From: Candidatus Uhrbacteria bacterium
Lineage (GTDB): Bacteria > Patescibacteriota > Patescibacteriia > UBA9934 > GWF2-40-263
Direction: 5' to 3'
DNA: 64,000 nucleotides
Assembly: GCA_016206085.1 (NCBI GenBank)
Contig: JACQSF010000022.1
Location: 3,191-67,190 of the forward strand
Shown here piece after piece: positions 44,787 to 55,055 of this stretch. Position 1 is the stretch's first letter; the number at the start of each line of letters is the position of its first letter. A model generated the notes under the pieces. It searched no databases and was not told the origin of the DNA. It was given only the letters and a program-made list of their open reading frames with translations. Made by a program: the position numbers and the translations under genes.

Positions 44787-45500
44787 TTATTTTTTGTCTG
44801 CTTTCTTCTCTCCTGCTTCCTTCGCGTCTGGAGCAGCCGCTCCTTCTTCGCCTTCGCCTTCTTCTTCCTTCTTCTCCTTGGCGACCTCTACGGCTGTAAC
44901 GTCCATTTCAACAGCTGAATCAAGTTCCTTTAGCTCTTCTTCCGTGCGTGGTGGTTCAACCGCAGCGATCGTAATATCGGCATCCTCTAAAATCTTGATC
45001 CCTTCTGGAACCTGAAGATCACAAACATGGATCGCATCCTCAAATGTCACAAGCGTGCTGATGTCTACTTGAATCGAACGAACGAGTTTGGATGGAAGCG
45101 CACGAATCTCGACACGCTCAAGCGATGGAATAAATGTTCCTCCCAAAGCTTTTACAGCGGCAGATTCTCCGACGAATTCAAGCTCCACTTCAGTTTCGAT
45201 CTCTTTGTTCATGTCGATGGAACGAAAATCGATGTGCGTATACTCATTTCGCAATGGATCGATCTGATAATCCTGGATGAGAACATGTAGAGGTAATGCC
45301 CCGTCAATCTGTAATTCCACAATCGAAGACTCACCAGCCTTCTGATACATTTTTACAAATTGATTCCGATCCACCGTCAGTGTCAGTGGTTGGATTCCGG
45401 CTCCGTACACAATGGCAGGTACGGCACCTGCCGCACGCAAAACAGAGGTTTTGCGACCTTTTTCTGTTCGTGTCTTCGCCTCAAGGATGTGATCTGTCAT
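44787..45500 (-). CDS. rplY: 50S ribosomal protein L25/Ctc with an acidic/Lys-rich tail
   Basis: 237 aa. Motifs RKTSVLRAAGAVPAIVYG and HVLIQDYQIDPLRNEYTHIDF. Confidence 0.9.
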   Translation of the reverse strand: MTDHILEAKTRTEKGRKTSVLRAAGAVPAIVYGAGIQPLTLTVDRNQFVKMYQKAGESSIVELQIDGALPLHVLIQDYQIDPLRNEYTHIDFRSIDMNKEIETEVELEFVGESAAVKALGGTFIPSLERVEIRALPSKLVRSIQVDISTLVTFEDAIHVCDLQVPEGIKILEDADITIAAVEPPRTEEELKELDSAVEMDVTAVEVAKEKKEEEGEGEEGAAAPDAKEAGEKKADKK

Positions 45501-45586
45501 ACAAATTCAAGATAAGCGCGGCTATTGTGCTGTAGGAGGGAATAAAAGTCAAACAACCCTGAAAGAGACCGTTCAAAACTCTCCCA

Positions 45587-45997
45587 CTAGCGTGTCGCTT
45601 TACTTTCTTGTTGTTTTCTCTCGCGTCGTTCCAGGACATGCCGAACTTGTTCTTGAGCGGCTCTGCCAAGCTCTTGTTCCCAGCCACCTCCCCCCAACAT
45701 CCGGTGCACATCAATCACGTCGTCTACACACACACTGCCACATGAACGGACTCGCACGACATCGGCATAAGAGAGGTCTGTAAGCACACCAACTGAACTC
45801 GCCCCAACCTGGTTCACCAGAACTAAGGCAAGGATCGAATGCTGACACTTTCGACATTGAACATGCAGAAGATGCGCTTCTCCTTGCTCCCCTAAAAGCC
45901 GAGCCTCCATCGGGTTGTAACGGGTTTCACAAACCGGGCAAAATGAGACGAGTTTGAGTCCTTCGTTCCAAAGTTCTGAACCAAGGTGTGTCGACAT
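45587..45997 (-). CDS. Zinc-ribbon hypothetical protein
   Basis: 136 aa. CPVC...CRKC pairs. No family recognised. Confidence 0.5.
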   Translation of the reverse strand: MSTHLGSELWNEGLKLVSFCPVCETRYNPMEARLLGEQGEAHLLHVQCRKCQHSILALVLVNQVGASSVGVLTDLSYADVVRVRSCGSVCVDDVIDVHRMLGGGGWEQELGRAAQEQVRHVLERRERKQQESKATR

Positions 45998-46035
45998 ATA
46001 CGTTTACGATAACATACCTCCCTCGCACTGGCCAC

Positions 46036-47157
46036 TTATCCACGATTACGAGATGCGATACTCTGGGCAATCGCAAAAAGACTCACCATCACCACAAGAG
46101 AACTCCCTCCATAACTCACAAACGGAAGTCCAATCCCTGTGACCGGAAACAGTCCCAAATTCATTCCAATATTCACCAAAAACTGAAGGAAAAAAACCGT
46201 AACAATTCCCAAAAGAAGATAACACGTGAAATCGTCTTTCGCCCGTGAAACCTGACGCAAGAGACGATAGAACACAAGCGCAAACGCCCCAATCAAAAGC
46301 GTGACACCAAAAAAACCTAATTCTTCCGCAACAACCGCAAAAATAAAATCCGTCTGACTCTCCGGTAAAAACTTCAGTTGGCTTTGAGTGCCAAATCCTA
46401 AACCCGATCCAAACCACCTCCCAGATCCCACAGCGATGATCGCCTGGGCCACATTGTACCCCTGACCCAGGGGATCAATGCTGGAATCAAGAAAGGTCAT
46501 GATGCGGTCACGTTGATAGTCCGCAAAAAAAAAGTTCCAGCCTAAGCCAAACAAACCTCCCGCGGCTCCCACCATGACGAGCAGGTAACGCCACGGGATT
46601 CCCGCATACAAAAGAAAGAAGACCCAGATTCCGACGAGGATCGCAGAGGAACCAAAGTCCGGCTGCAACATCACAAAAAAAACCGGCAAAAACGTGATCC
46701 CCGCGGTCTCCAAAAATGTCCGCAGATCAAACGACCGTTTCCCACGTCTAGCAAAGTACGCTGAGAGGCCGATGATAAGGGCGATCTTCATGAATTCCAC
46801 CGGCTGAAAACTCACCGGTCCCATCACATACCACCCTGTTGCCCCGCGAACCGTCTCACCAAAAATGAGCACTCCGATGAGAAGCGCAAGACACACGAGG
46901 TAGAGAATAAGTGCGTAGTTCTGTAAGAGACGATAGTTGGAAGACACGACAAAAACAAAAACACCGACTCCCAACAGCAGCGCAGCGATCTGTTTTTTCA
47001 CATGAACGAATTCGGCGGCGTCTTGAGAAAGTTCGACAGAATAAATAGCTGCAAGCCCTAACAAGACAAGTCCAAAGACCGCAAGCAGAAGTATCCAATC
47101 CATGCCGCGCACGTGGCGAGAGAGTCGTGAAAGATGAGTCTGAAGAGGTGATGCCAT
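46036..47157 (-). CDS. ftsW: SEDS-family peptidoglycan polymerase (FtsW/RodA)
   Basis: 373 aa with about 10 TM helices. Motifs PESQTDFIFAVVAEELGFFG and GLPFVSYGGSS. Confidence 0.85.
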   Translation of the reverse strand: MASPLQTHLSRLSRHVRGMDWILLLAVFGLVLLGLAAIYSVELSQDAAEFVHVKKQIAALLLGVGVFVFVVSSNYRLLQNYALILYLVCLALLIGVLIFGETVRGATGWYVMGPVSFQPVEFMKIALIIGLSAYFARRGKRSFDLRTFLETAGITFLPVFFVMLQPDFGSSAILVGIWVFFLLYAGIPWRYLLVMVGAAGGLFGLGWNFFFADYQRDRIMTFLDSSIDPLGQGYNVAQAIIAVGSGRWFGSGLGFGTQSQLKFLPESQTDFIFAVVAEELGFFGVTLLIGAFALVFYRLLRQVSRAKDDFTCYLLLGIVTVFFLQFLVNIGMNLGLFPVTGIGLPFVSYGGSSLVVMVSLFAIAQSIASRNRG

Positions 47158-47159
47158 GA

Positions 47160-48083
47160 CTAACGGGTGAAGACGCGTGTTCTCGTATCGCGCGTGCTCT
47201 CCCCTTGGAGCGGTTTATACACCTCTACATCGAAAATGTTGAGCTCAGGGACAATCTGCACCTGGCTCACGCTGGGGAGCGTGCCAAACCAATTGACCGT
47301 CACTTCCGTTTCCACTCCACTTTCTAAACTGGAGAGCGTGGTGCGATTCACCCCAACAACCGAACTTCCGCGCAAAAGCAAAACAAAAAGACCTATGTCA
47401 TAGTAACTATAGGCCGTGTCATTTTCGATCGTGAAAGTTGTGCGACCAAAGGTCTGCCCATCAAAACGGGTCTCCTTTTCAAATGAAGAAGTCGAAACAA
47501 GGAAATTCAGACGGTCGCTCGCCCAAGTCTCATACTCGGAAATCGAATGATGGTCGACGCGATGCCATCGGACGTTCTCGATGATGAGACTCGCGGATTG
47601 AATTGGACTTACTGACTCCACGGCAAGCTCGGCCACAGGTTTTTCCTGCGTAGGCAAAATGAATCCTTCGCGAGACTCCGTCTGCTCACCATCGATCGAG
47701 TAGGCATACGTGAACTCGGCCCACCAATCACTGTTGGAATTTACGAGCGTCGTATAAAGATCATATCGACCATCGCCAATGGAAATGACGCGTCCTTCAC
47801 CTGCCTCCAAGTCCGTGGCGGCATTGCCAACGGTATACGCACGAAGATCAGATTGTCCTAATGCAACCATGCGCATGATCGCGTTTTGCTCGGCCCCATA
47901 GCTGATCGCAAACGCATCGAGAAGATGCCAACCGCCAAACAAAAGAAGGACCACATCTAACACAATGAAGATGCCAAATCCAATGCGTCTCAACGTCTCG
48001 CGGTGTGTCACCCACCACACGCTCAGTCGATAAAACCGTTTAAACTCTTTATCCTCCTGCAGGAGAAGGCCTCCTTCGTTCAT
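47160..48083 (-). CDS. Membrane-anchored hypothetical protein
   Basis: 307 aa. One TM helix (IGFGIFIVLDVVLLLFGGW) and a beta-rich ectodomain. Its stop lies 2 nt upstream of the ftsW start. Confidence 0.5.
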   Translation of the reverse strand: MNEGGLLLQEDKEFKRFYRLSVWWVTHRETLRRIGFGIFIVLDVVLLLFGGWHLLDAFAISYGAEQNAIMRMVALGQSDLRAYTVGNAATDLEAGEGRVISIGDGRYDLYTTLVNSNSDWWAEFTYAYSIDGEQTESREGFILPTQEKPVAELAVESVSPIQSASLIIENVRWHRVDHHSISEYETWASDRLNFLVSTSSFEKETRFDGQTFGRTTFTIENDTAYSYYDIGLFVLLLRGSSVVGVNRTTLSSLESGVETEVTVNWFGTLPSVSQVQIVPELNIFDVEVYKPLQGESTRDTRTRVFTR

Positions 48084-48104
48084 ACGAAGAAATTATAACA
48101 CGAA

Positions 48105-48153
48105 CTGTCCAGTCCCCCTCCTTTTTAAGGAGGGGCTAGGGGTGGTTACGAGT
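48105..48153 (+). repeat. 49-bp CCCCTCC-hairpin repeat, copy A
   Basis: CTGTCCAGTCCCCCTCCTTTTTAAGGAGGGGCTAGGGGTGGTTACGAGT. The 41-nt core is identical to 54849-54889. Internal hairpin CCCCTCC-TTTTTAA-GGAGGGG. Confidence 0.9.
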
Positions 48154-48168
48154 TGTCGGACAGACAGA

Positions 48169-48197
48169 TTGACTCTTCTTGAATTTTAGAGTTTCAT
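48169..48197 (+). promoter_or_regulatory. Possible promoter of GC-rich cassette 3
   Basis: TTGACT (48169-48174), 17 nt, TTTCAT (48192-48197). The -10 box is weak. An ~85-nt leader with a GTCGCC...GGCGAC hairpin follows. Confidence 0.25.
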
Positions 48198-48284
48198 GCT
48201 TTCTCCGCGTCATGTCGACTCGGAGATCTCAACATGTCGCCGACGGCCTAGAAACCAAGGCGACCCTCGTAGAAGAGGTAAAGA

Positions 48285-49286
48285 ATGGCAGAGCTCTTTG
48301 ACAGACCCATGAGCGAGCTGCGGGAGGCGTTCGTACGCGCGCGCTTCGCCGAGCCTGCGATGTTCGGTACGCACAACATCGAGAGGTATACCAAGGATTC
48401 AAAAGAACCACTGGCAAAGTTCTCGAGTCCGAGGTACTTCCTGGACAGTGCTGCCCCTGCCATGGACTACTACTACATGAACCACCTGGCCGCGACCTGG
48501 GGAATCAAACACGAAAGGAGCGAGGTGAAAATCGGGATCCTCGCTGAAAACGCGTCCGAGGTTGAAACCCCTCTCACGACGTTCCTCGGGGACAATCCCG
48601 ATGTCCGTGCGGGACTCAACGGACTGCTCGAGATGATGCGGCGAGGCGGCGCAAAACTGTACGATCCGCAGTCACACGACCTAAGCGACTTCGGTCACGG
48701 CTGTCGGAATCTCGTCGTCGTCAACAACAACAACGTCTACTCAGTTCGATACGAGTACTCGGGTCATTCCATCGATCTGCGGCAGGCCAGTGCGTATGAT
48801 ATCCACGAGGTTCTCGAGGGCGAGTTCACCCAGCACCGGGCTAGGGCACAACAGGCCATCCAACTGCTCGACCGCGAGTTCGTCCATGCGGTTCAGCTCG
48901 CCCGCGAGGCCGCCGAGCGTGACTTCGACGAGGCCTGCGCTGTCAGCGCGGACGGAACGAAGATCGTGAAGGCCGAATGGGTAGTGGTCGTGGACGGGAT
49001 GAAGACATTCCTCTACTCCGCCGCAGCATTCCGCGACGACTGCAAGGCAACGCTTCGGAATGAGCCCGGCGGTCGCCTTAGTCTGCCGACGATGGAGAAC
49101 TCCGAGGCAGGTGTGCGTGCGTACCTGACGCGCAACAGGAACATCGTGGCCGAATTCCGCACACGACTCATGGATTACCTGGTCTTCGACTGCGGAGGGT
49201 CTGATAACTCTTTCAAGGTGCTCTTCATCCGCGACGTCTTTTGCCCCCGCCCGCTTCGCGAGGACGGCATCGAGATCCGGATCTGA
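48285..49286 (+). CDS. GC-rich 333-aa orphan protein (cassette 3)
   Basis: AGAGGT SD 6 nt upstream, and an in-frame stop 2 codons upstream of the ATG. G/C-rich third positions. A shadow ORF lies at 48741-49325 (-). No family recognised. Confidence 0.65.
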   Translation: MAELFDRPMSELREAFVRARFAEPAMFGTHNIERYTKDSKEPLAKFSSPRYFLDSAAPAMDYYYMNHLAATWGIKHERSEVKIGILAENASEVETPLTTFLGDNPDVRAGLNGLLEMMRRGGAKLYDPQSHDLSDFGHGCRNLVVVNNNNVYSVRYEYSGHSIDLRQASAYDIHEVLEGEFTQHRARAQQAIQLLDREFVHAVQLAREAAERDFDEACAVSADGTKIVKAEWVVVVDGMKTFLYSAAAFRDDCKATLRNEPGGRLSLPTMENSEAGVRAYLTRNRNIVAEFRTRLMDYLVFDCGGSDNSFKVLFIRDVFCPRPLREDGIEIRI

Positions 49287-49297
49287 CGACCCTACGA

Positions 49298-49312
49298 GCC
49301 AGCTCAGCTGGC
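49298..49312. repeat. 15-nt palindrome GCCAGCTCAGCTGGC, shared with cassette 2
   Basis: Matches 29309-29323 at 14/15 positions. Lies 12 nt after the stop and 4 nt before the terminator hairpin. Confidence 0.6.
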
Positions 49313-49316
49313 CACG

Positions 49317-49339
49317 GCACCACACGCGTGGTGCTTTTC
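49317..49339 (+). terminator. Intrinsic terminator of cassette 3
   Basis: GCACCAC-ACGC-GTGGTGC followed by TTTTCT. Confidence 0.7.
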
Positions 49340-49387
49340 TATTCCCTTCGTTTACGCTAAACTAGTCGCGAAACTGACTACCTGTGA

Positions 49388-51439
<2,052 letters not shown>

Positions 51440-51442
51440 ATT

Positions 51443-51486
51443 CCCCTGGTGTACAGTCGCCTTAACAGCCCCCACCAGGGGGTTTT
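51443..51486 (+). terminator. gyrB terminator
   Basis: CCCCTGGTG...CACCAGGGG followed by GTTTT. Confidence 0.6.
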
Positions 51487-51501
51487 AAGATAAAAAATCT
51501 T

Positions 51502-51705
51502 ATGAAAAATCCGTTCCAGTGGCTAAGTCACTACCTACGTGAATCGCGCGAGGAATTACGCAAAGTCTCCTGGCCAAATCGCCAAACCACGACAAAATAT
51601 TCCCTCGTCGTCATTGGGCTGTGTCTTGTCTTGGCCGCCTTTTTTGGAGGTCTTGATTGGGTGCTCAACAAAGGCCTCGAATGGCTGATCCTCGTTACCA
51701 GCTAA
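51502..51705 (+). CDS. secE: Preprotein translocase subunit SecE
   Basis: 67 aa. RESREELRKVSWPNRQ followed by one TM helix. Directly upstream of nusG. Confidence 0.85.
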   Translation: MKNPFQWLSHYLRESREELRKVSWPNRQTTTKYSLVVIGLCLVLAAFFGGLDWVLNKGLEWLILVTS

Positions 51706-51706
51706 T

Positions 51707-52252
51707 ATGGCAAAACAAACAGCCAATTTTGGACGCCGCTGGTTCGCAATCCACACCTATTCAGGCTACGAGGAGAACGTTGCTGAAAACCTAACCCAGC
51801 GTATTGAGACGATGGACATGGAAAACAAAATTTTTAACGTTCTCGTCCCAAAAGAAAAAAAGATCAAAATCAAAAACGGCAAGCGCAAGACCGTGGAAGA
51901 AAAAATCTTTCCTGGATATGTGCTGGTCGAGATGCTCGTGACGGATGATTCTTGGTACGTGGTGCGCAACACGCCCAACGTGACGGGATTCATCGGAACC
52001 GGTACCACCCCAACGCCGATCGCGGAGGAAGAAATGGACGCCCTCAAGAAGCGCATGGGCGTGGACGAACCTGAGTTTAAGATGGACGTTCAAAAAGGTG
52101 ACTCTGTGCAGATCACAGACGGTCCGTTTAAGAACCAGGAAGGCAAGGTCGCGGAAATCGACGAGGAGCGCGGCAAGATCAAGGTGCTCGTGAACCTCTT
52201 TGGTCGCGAAACCCCGGTCGAGCTCGACTTCTTGCAAATTAAGAAGACCTAA
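51707..52252 (+). CDS. nusG: Transcription termination/antitermination factor NusG
   Basis: 181 aa. Motifs WFAIHTYSGYE, FPGYVLVEM, and a KOW region GDSVQITDGPFKNQEGKV. Confidence 0.95.
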   Translation: MAKQTANFGRRWFAIHTYSGYEENVAENLTQRIETMDMENKIFNVLVPKEKKIKIKNGKRKTVEEKIFPGYVLVEMLVTDDSWYVVRNTPNVTGFIGTGTTPTPIAEEEMDALKKRMGVDEPEFKMDVQKGDSVQITDGPFKNQEGKVAEIDEERGKIKVLVNLFGRETPVELDFLQIKKT

Positions 52253-52257
52253 TACCT

Positions 52258-52755
52258 ATGTCTCCACGTCGCATTCTTGAAATCGGACCTGGACCAAATC
52301 CCCTCCACTATCGTGGTGAGGAGAAGCGTCTTCAACTGGAAGAGGGTGAAGAATATCACGGTGTAGATCAATCCAAGAGAATCTTTGAGAGTGAGGTCTG
52401 GGAACGAGCCAAAACGGAGTACGGCGACCGAGTGTTTCTCTATGAAGGTGACCGCGCCGACCTCAAAGATATTGAGGACGCAAGCATGGATGAAGTGATC
52501 GCTTTAGGGACGCACGGCCAGGACGGGAGAATCGTGGCAGAATTCAATCGAGTTCTTCGACCAGGGGGGAAAATTTTGTTGGGGGTTCCGTTGCCCAGCC
52601 AAGAGCGACTCCTCTCAAGCTGGGGCGTCCGACTCAATCGAGCTGGCTACACTTCGCTTCCTTCAGAGACAAAAAACTACAACTACAGAGGAAACATGAA
52701 GGAAAGCCGACCTTACATCGTTCTGGTCTGGCAAAAAGGAAACCCATCTCGTTGA
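52258..52755 (+). CDS. Small class I SAM-dependent methyltransferase inserted between nusG and rplK
   Basis: 165 aa. Motif I ILEIGPGPNP, post-I HGVDQS, and VLRPGGKILLG. Confidence 0.7.
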   Translation: MSPRRILEIGPGPNPLHYRGEEKRLQLEEGEEYHGVDQSKRIFESEVWERAKTEYGDRVFLYEGDRADLKDIEDASMDEVIALGTHGQDGRIVAEFNRVLRPGGKILLGVPLPSQERLLSSWGVRLNRAGYTSLPSETKNYNYRGNMKESRPYIVLVWQKGNPSR

Positions 52756-52838
52756 CAAATTTAGCCATTTCAACAATAATCTCATCGCTTAACCCCTAGC
52801 CGTGGTTGCTCGCACTCGCGGGAATCCACTTAAATACT

Positions 52839-53261
52839 ATGGCAAAGAAACTTGTTACCCAGGTCAAACTCCAGATTCCTGGAGGAGCGGCCACTCCTGC
52901 TCCACCAGTAGGTCCAGCTCTTGGTCAGCACGGTCTCCCGATCGGCGACTTCGTCACCAAGTTCAACGCCGCGACACAGGATCGCCGCGGTGAGACCGTT
53001 CCGGTTATCATCAATGTCTACGAAGATCGAACCTTCGACTTCGTGACCAAAACGGCCCCAGCTTCTGACATGATCATGAAGGCGGCTGGCATTAAGAAGG
53101 GTTCAGCAAACCCACTCACCACGAAGGTGGGAACGATTACAAAAGCCCAGCTTCAGGAGATCGCCGAAAAGAAAATGCCTGACCTCAACGCCAATGACAT
53201 CGAGGCCGCGATGAAAATCATTGCCGGCACAGCACGTCAGATGGGAGTTGAAATCAAATAG
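52839..53261 (+). CDS. rplK: 50S ribosomal protein L11
   Basis: Starts at [32 protein letters not shown]. The track's 11-codon extension is rejected. Confidence 0.95.
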   Translation: MAKKLVTQVKLQIPGGAATPAPPVGPALGQHGLPIGDFVTKFNAATQDRRGETVPVIINVYEDRTFDFVTKTAPASDMIMKAAGIKKGSANPLTTKVGTITKAQLQEIAEKKMPDLNANDIEAAMKIIAGTARQMGVEIK

Positions 53262-53265
53262 CATA

Positions 53266-53350
53266 GGTAGAAAAGGTAGATAAGGTGGAAAAGGTGGCAT
53301 AATTTTGCAACCTCTTATCTACCTTATCCACCTTCGCCACCTAATCCACC
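53266..53350. repeat. Imperfect inverted repeat built of AGGTRG (SD-like) units and their CYACCT complements
   Basis: GGTAGAAAAGGTAGATAAGGTGGAAAAGGTGG ... CTTATCTACCTTATCCACCTTCGCCACCTAATCCACC in the rplK-rplA spacer. Similar CCACCT units occur at 21895-21935. Confidence 0.6.
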
Positions 53351-53391
53351 TATATGTGGGAGGCCTTGTGCCGTTACCACCACGAACTCAT

Positions 53392-54075
53392 ATGCCAAGT
53401 ACACGATTCAATCAAGCCAAAGCGCTAGTCGATAAAACCAAGACCTACACTGTTTCCGAAGCGATTGCGCTCGCCAAGAAAGCTGCAACCGCCAAGTACG
53501 ATGAAGCCATGGAACTTCACCTGCGCCTGGGGATCGACGCGACGAAATCTGACCAACAGGTGCGTGGCACCATTGCCCTTCCGCACGGAACTGGAAAGAC
53601 GAAGCGCGTTGCCGCGTTCGTCGAAGCAGAAAAGGAAGCGGATGCCAAAGCCGCGGGAGCTGACATCATCGGTGGCGAAGAACTCATTGCCACCATCGCC
53701 ACAAAAGGCACCATCGACTTCGATGTCGCGGTGGCGACACCTGCGATGATGCCAAAGCTCGCCAAGCTCGCCCGTCTCTTGGGACCTCGTGGTCTCATGC
53801 CAAACCCAAAAACCGACACCGTTTCTCCAAACGTGACCAAGATGATCACCGAGCAAAAGGCTGGAAAGGAGAGCTTCAAGAATGATCCACAAGGGAACCT
53901 CCACCAGATCTTTGGCCGTAGGTCTTTCACACAGGCACAGCTGGAGGAGAACCTGCGCGCGCTGCTGGAAACCGTAAAACGCATGAAACCGCAGTCATCC
54001 AAAGGCATCTACCTGCGATCCACAACAATCGCTTCCTCAGTAGGCCCTGGAATCAAGATCGATCCAAACTCATAA
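53392..54075 (+). CDS. rplA: 50S ribosomal protein L1
   Basis: Starts at MPSTRFNQAKALVDK. Motifs DQQVRGTIALPHGTGK and LGPRGLMPNPK. The track's 29-codon extension reads through the spacer repeat and is rejected. Confidence 0.95.
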   Translation: MPSTRFNQAKALVDKTKTYTVSEAIALAKKAATAKYDEAMELHLRLGIDATKSDQQVRGTIALPHGTGKTKRVAAFVEAEKEADAKAAGADIIGGEELIATIATKGTIDFDVAVATPAMMPKLAKLARLLGPRGLMPNPKTDTVSPNVTKMITEQKAGKESFKNDPQGNLHQIFGRRSFTQAQLEENLRALLETVKRMKPQSSKGIYLRSTTIASSVGPGIKIDPNS

Positions 54076-54078
54076 CAA

Positions 54079-54117
54079 ACAGAAACACTCGTCGCACCGG
54101 CGGGTGTTTCTGTTTTT
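54079..54117 (+). terminator. rplA terminator
   Basis: ACAGAAACAC...GTGTTTCTGT followed by TTTT. Confidence 0.7.
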
Positions 54118-54183
54118 GATAAAGGAGATAATTTGTGTCAGGCTAGCAAGTATCAAAATGTCCGATCGGACAAAATCATACCT

Positions 54184-54840
54184 ATGTCCATCCTCACGCG
54201 GTCAGAAATCCTCTCCCACATCGACTCCGGTGGGCTCACGTTCACCCCCGCACTCGACCAGTTTCAGATCCAACCACATGCCATCGATTTGCGCCTTGGC
54301 TACAAATTCCTCATCCCGCGCAATTGGACGGTCGATGAGAAAGGTCGGCGCGCGATCAAGATGGCGATCGATGATGTAGATGCCCATCGCGAACAATTCG
54401 ACGAAGTTCAACTCCAACCCGGTCAGTACTTCGAGCTTCTCCCAAACGAATTCGTGATCGGAACAAGTCTCGAGCGCATCGAACTCAACAGCATGAACCT
54501 CATGGCGATCTTGTTTCCACGAACATCAACAAACCGTCGCGGAATCGACCTCTCGCTCTCAGGCATCATCGATACCGGCTACAAAGGTCATCTTATTTTC
54601 CCGATGAAGAACGAGGCTGGAGATCAAGTGATCCGTGTGTATCCCGGCGAGCGCGTGTGCCAGGTCATTTTCCAAGAACTCAACCAACCGTTGACGCCAG
54701 AGGAAGCCAAGCTCCACGGCCTCACCGCCGCCAAGTACAGCGAGTCTGGCTCCCAAGGTTTCAAACTCGACAAAGACGATGAGCGACAAATGCTCGTCTC
54801 AGGCAAGCTCGACGAGCTTAAAAGCCAATTTGGACTTTAA
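54184..54840 (+). CDS. dcd: dCTP deaminase
   Basis: Starts at MSILTRSEILSHI. Motifs SGIIDTGYKGHLIFPMKN and VCQVIF. The track's 17-codon extension is rejected. Confidence 0.85.
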   Translation: MSILTRSEILSHIDSGGLTFTPALDQFQIQPHAIDLRLGYKFLIPRNWTVDEKGRRAIKMAIDDVDAHREQFDEVQLQPGQYFELLPNEFVIGTSLERIELNSMNLMAILFPRTSTNRRGIDLSLSGIIDTGYKGHLIFPMKNEAGDQVIRVYPGERVCQVIFQELNQPLTPEEAKLHGLTAAKYSESGSQGFKLDKDDERQMLVSGKLDELKSQFGL

Positions 54841-54841
54841 C

Positions 54842-54890
54842 CTCTCCGGTCCCCCTCCTTTTTAAGGAGGGGCTAGGGGTGGTTACGAGT
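54842..54890 (+). repeat. 49-bp CCCCTCC-hairpin repeat, copy B
   Basis: CTCTCCGGTCCCCCTCCTTTTTAAGGAGGGGCTAGGGGTGGTTACGAGT, starting 2 nt after the dcd stop. Matches the reverse-complemented copy at 61506-61554 at 47/49 positions. Confidence 0.9.
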
Positions 54891-54899
54891 CTATAAAAT

Positions 54900-54922
54900 C
54901 AGCCTAAATCAGGCTGTTTTTT
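54900..54922 (+). terminator. dcd terminator
   Basis: CAGCCT-AAATC-AGGCTG followed by TTTTTT. Confidence 0.7.
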
Positions 54923-54944
54923 GTTTAACCCGCCCACAAAATCA

Positions 54945-54973
54945 TTGACAAAAGGCTCATTTTATGATATATT
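54945..54973 (+). promoter_or_regulatory. Near-consensus promoter of GC-rich cassette 4
   Basis: TTGACA (54945-54950), 17 nt, TATATT (54968-54973), followed by an ~80-nt leader. Confidence 0.55.
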
Positions 54974-55055
54974 CTCGCGTTCGTTCGGGTTTTCTTTCCA
55001 CCCGTCGGATGTAGATCTTCGACACAACAAAGGGAAGACATAGAGGAAGTTCAAG

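Noticed and set aside
48211-48300. 29-codon upstream ORF overlapping the start of cassette 3
   Set aside because: It has no SD, mixed third-position composition, and lies within the putative leader hairpin. I note it only as a possible regulatory uORF.
53305-53391. N-terminal extensions in the ORF track for rplA, rplK, lexA, dcd, prfA, thyA, pyrH, DoxX and the wHTH regulator
   Set aside because: The extensions read through spacer repeats or overlap upstream genes. Conserved protein N-termini begin at internal Met codons, so the starts were moved (see features).
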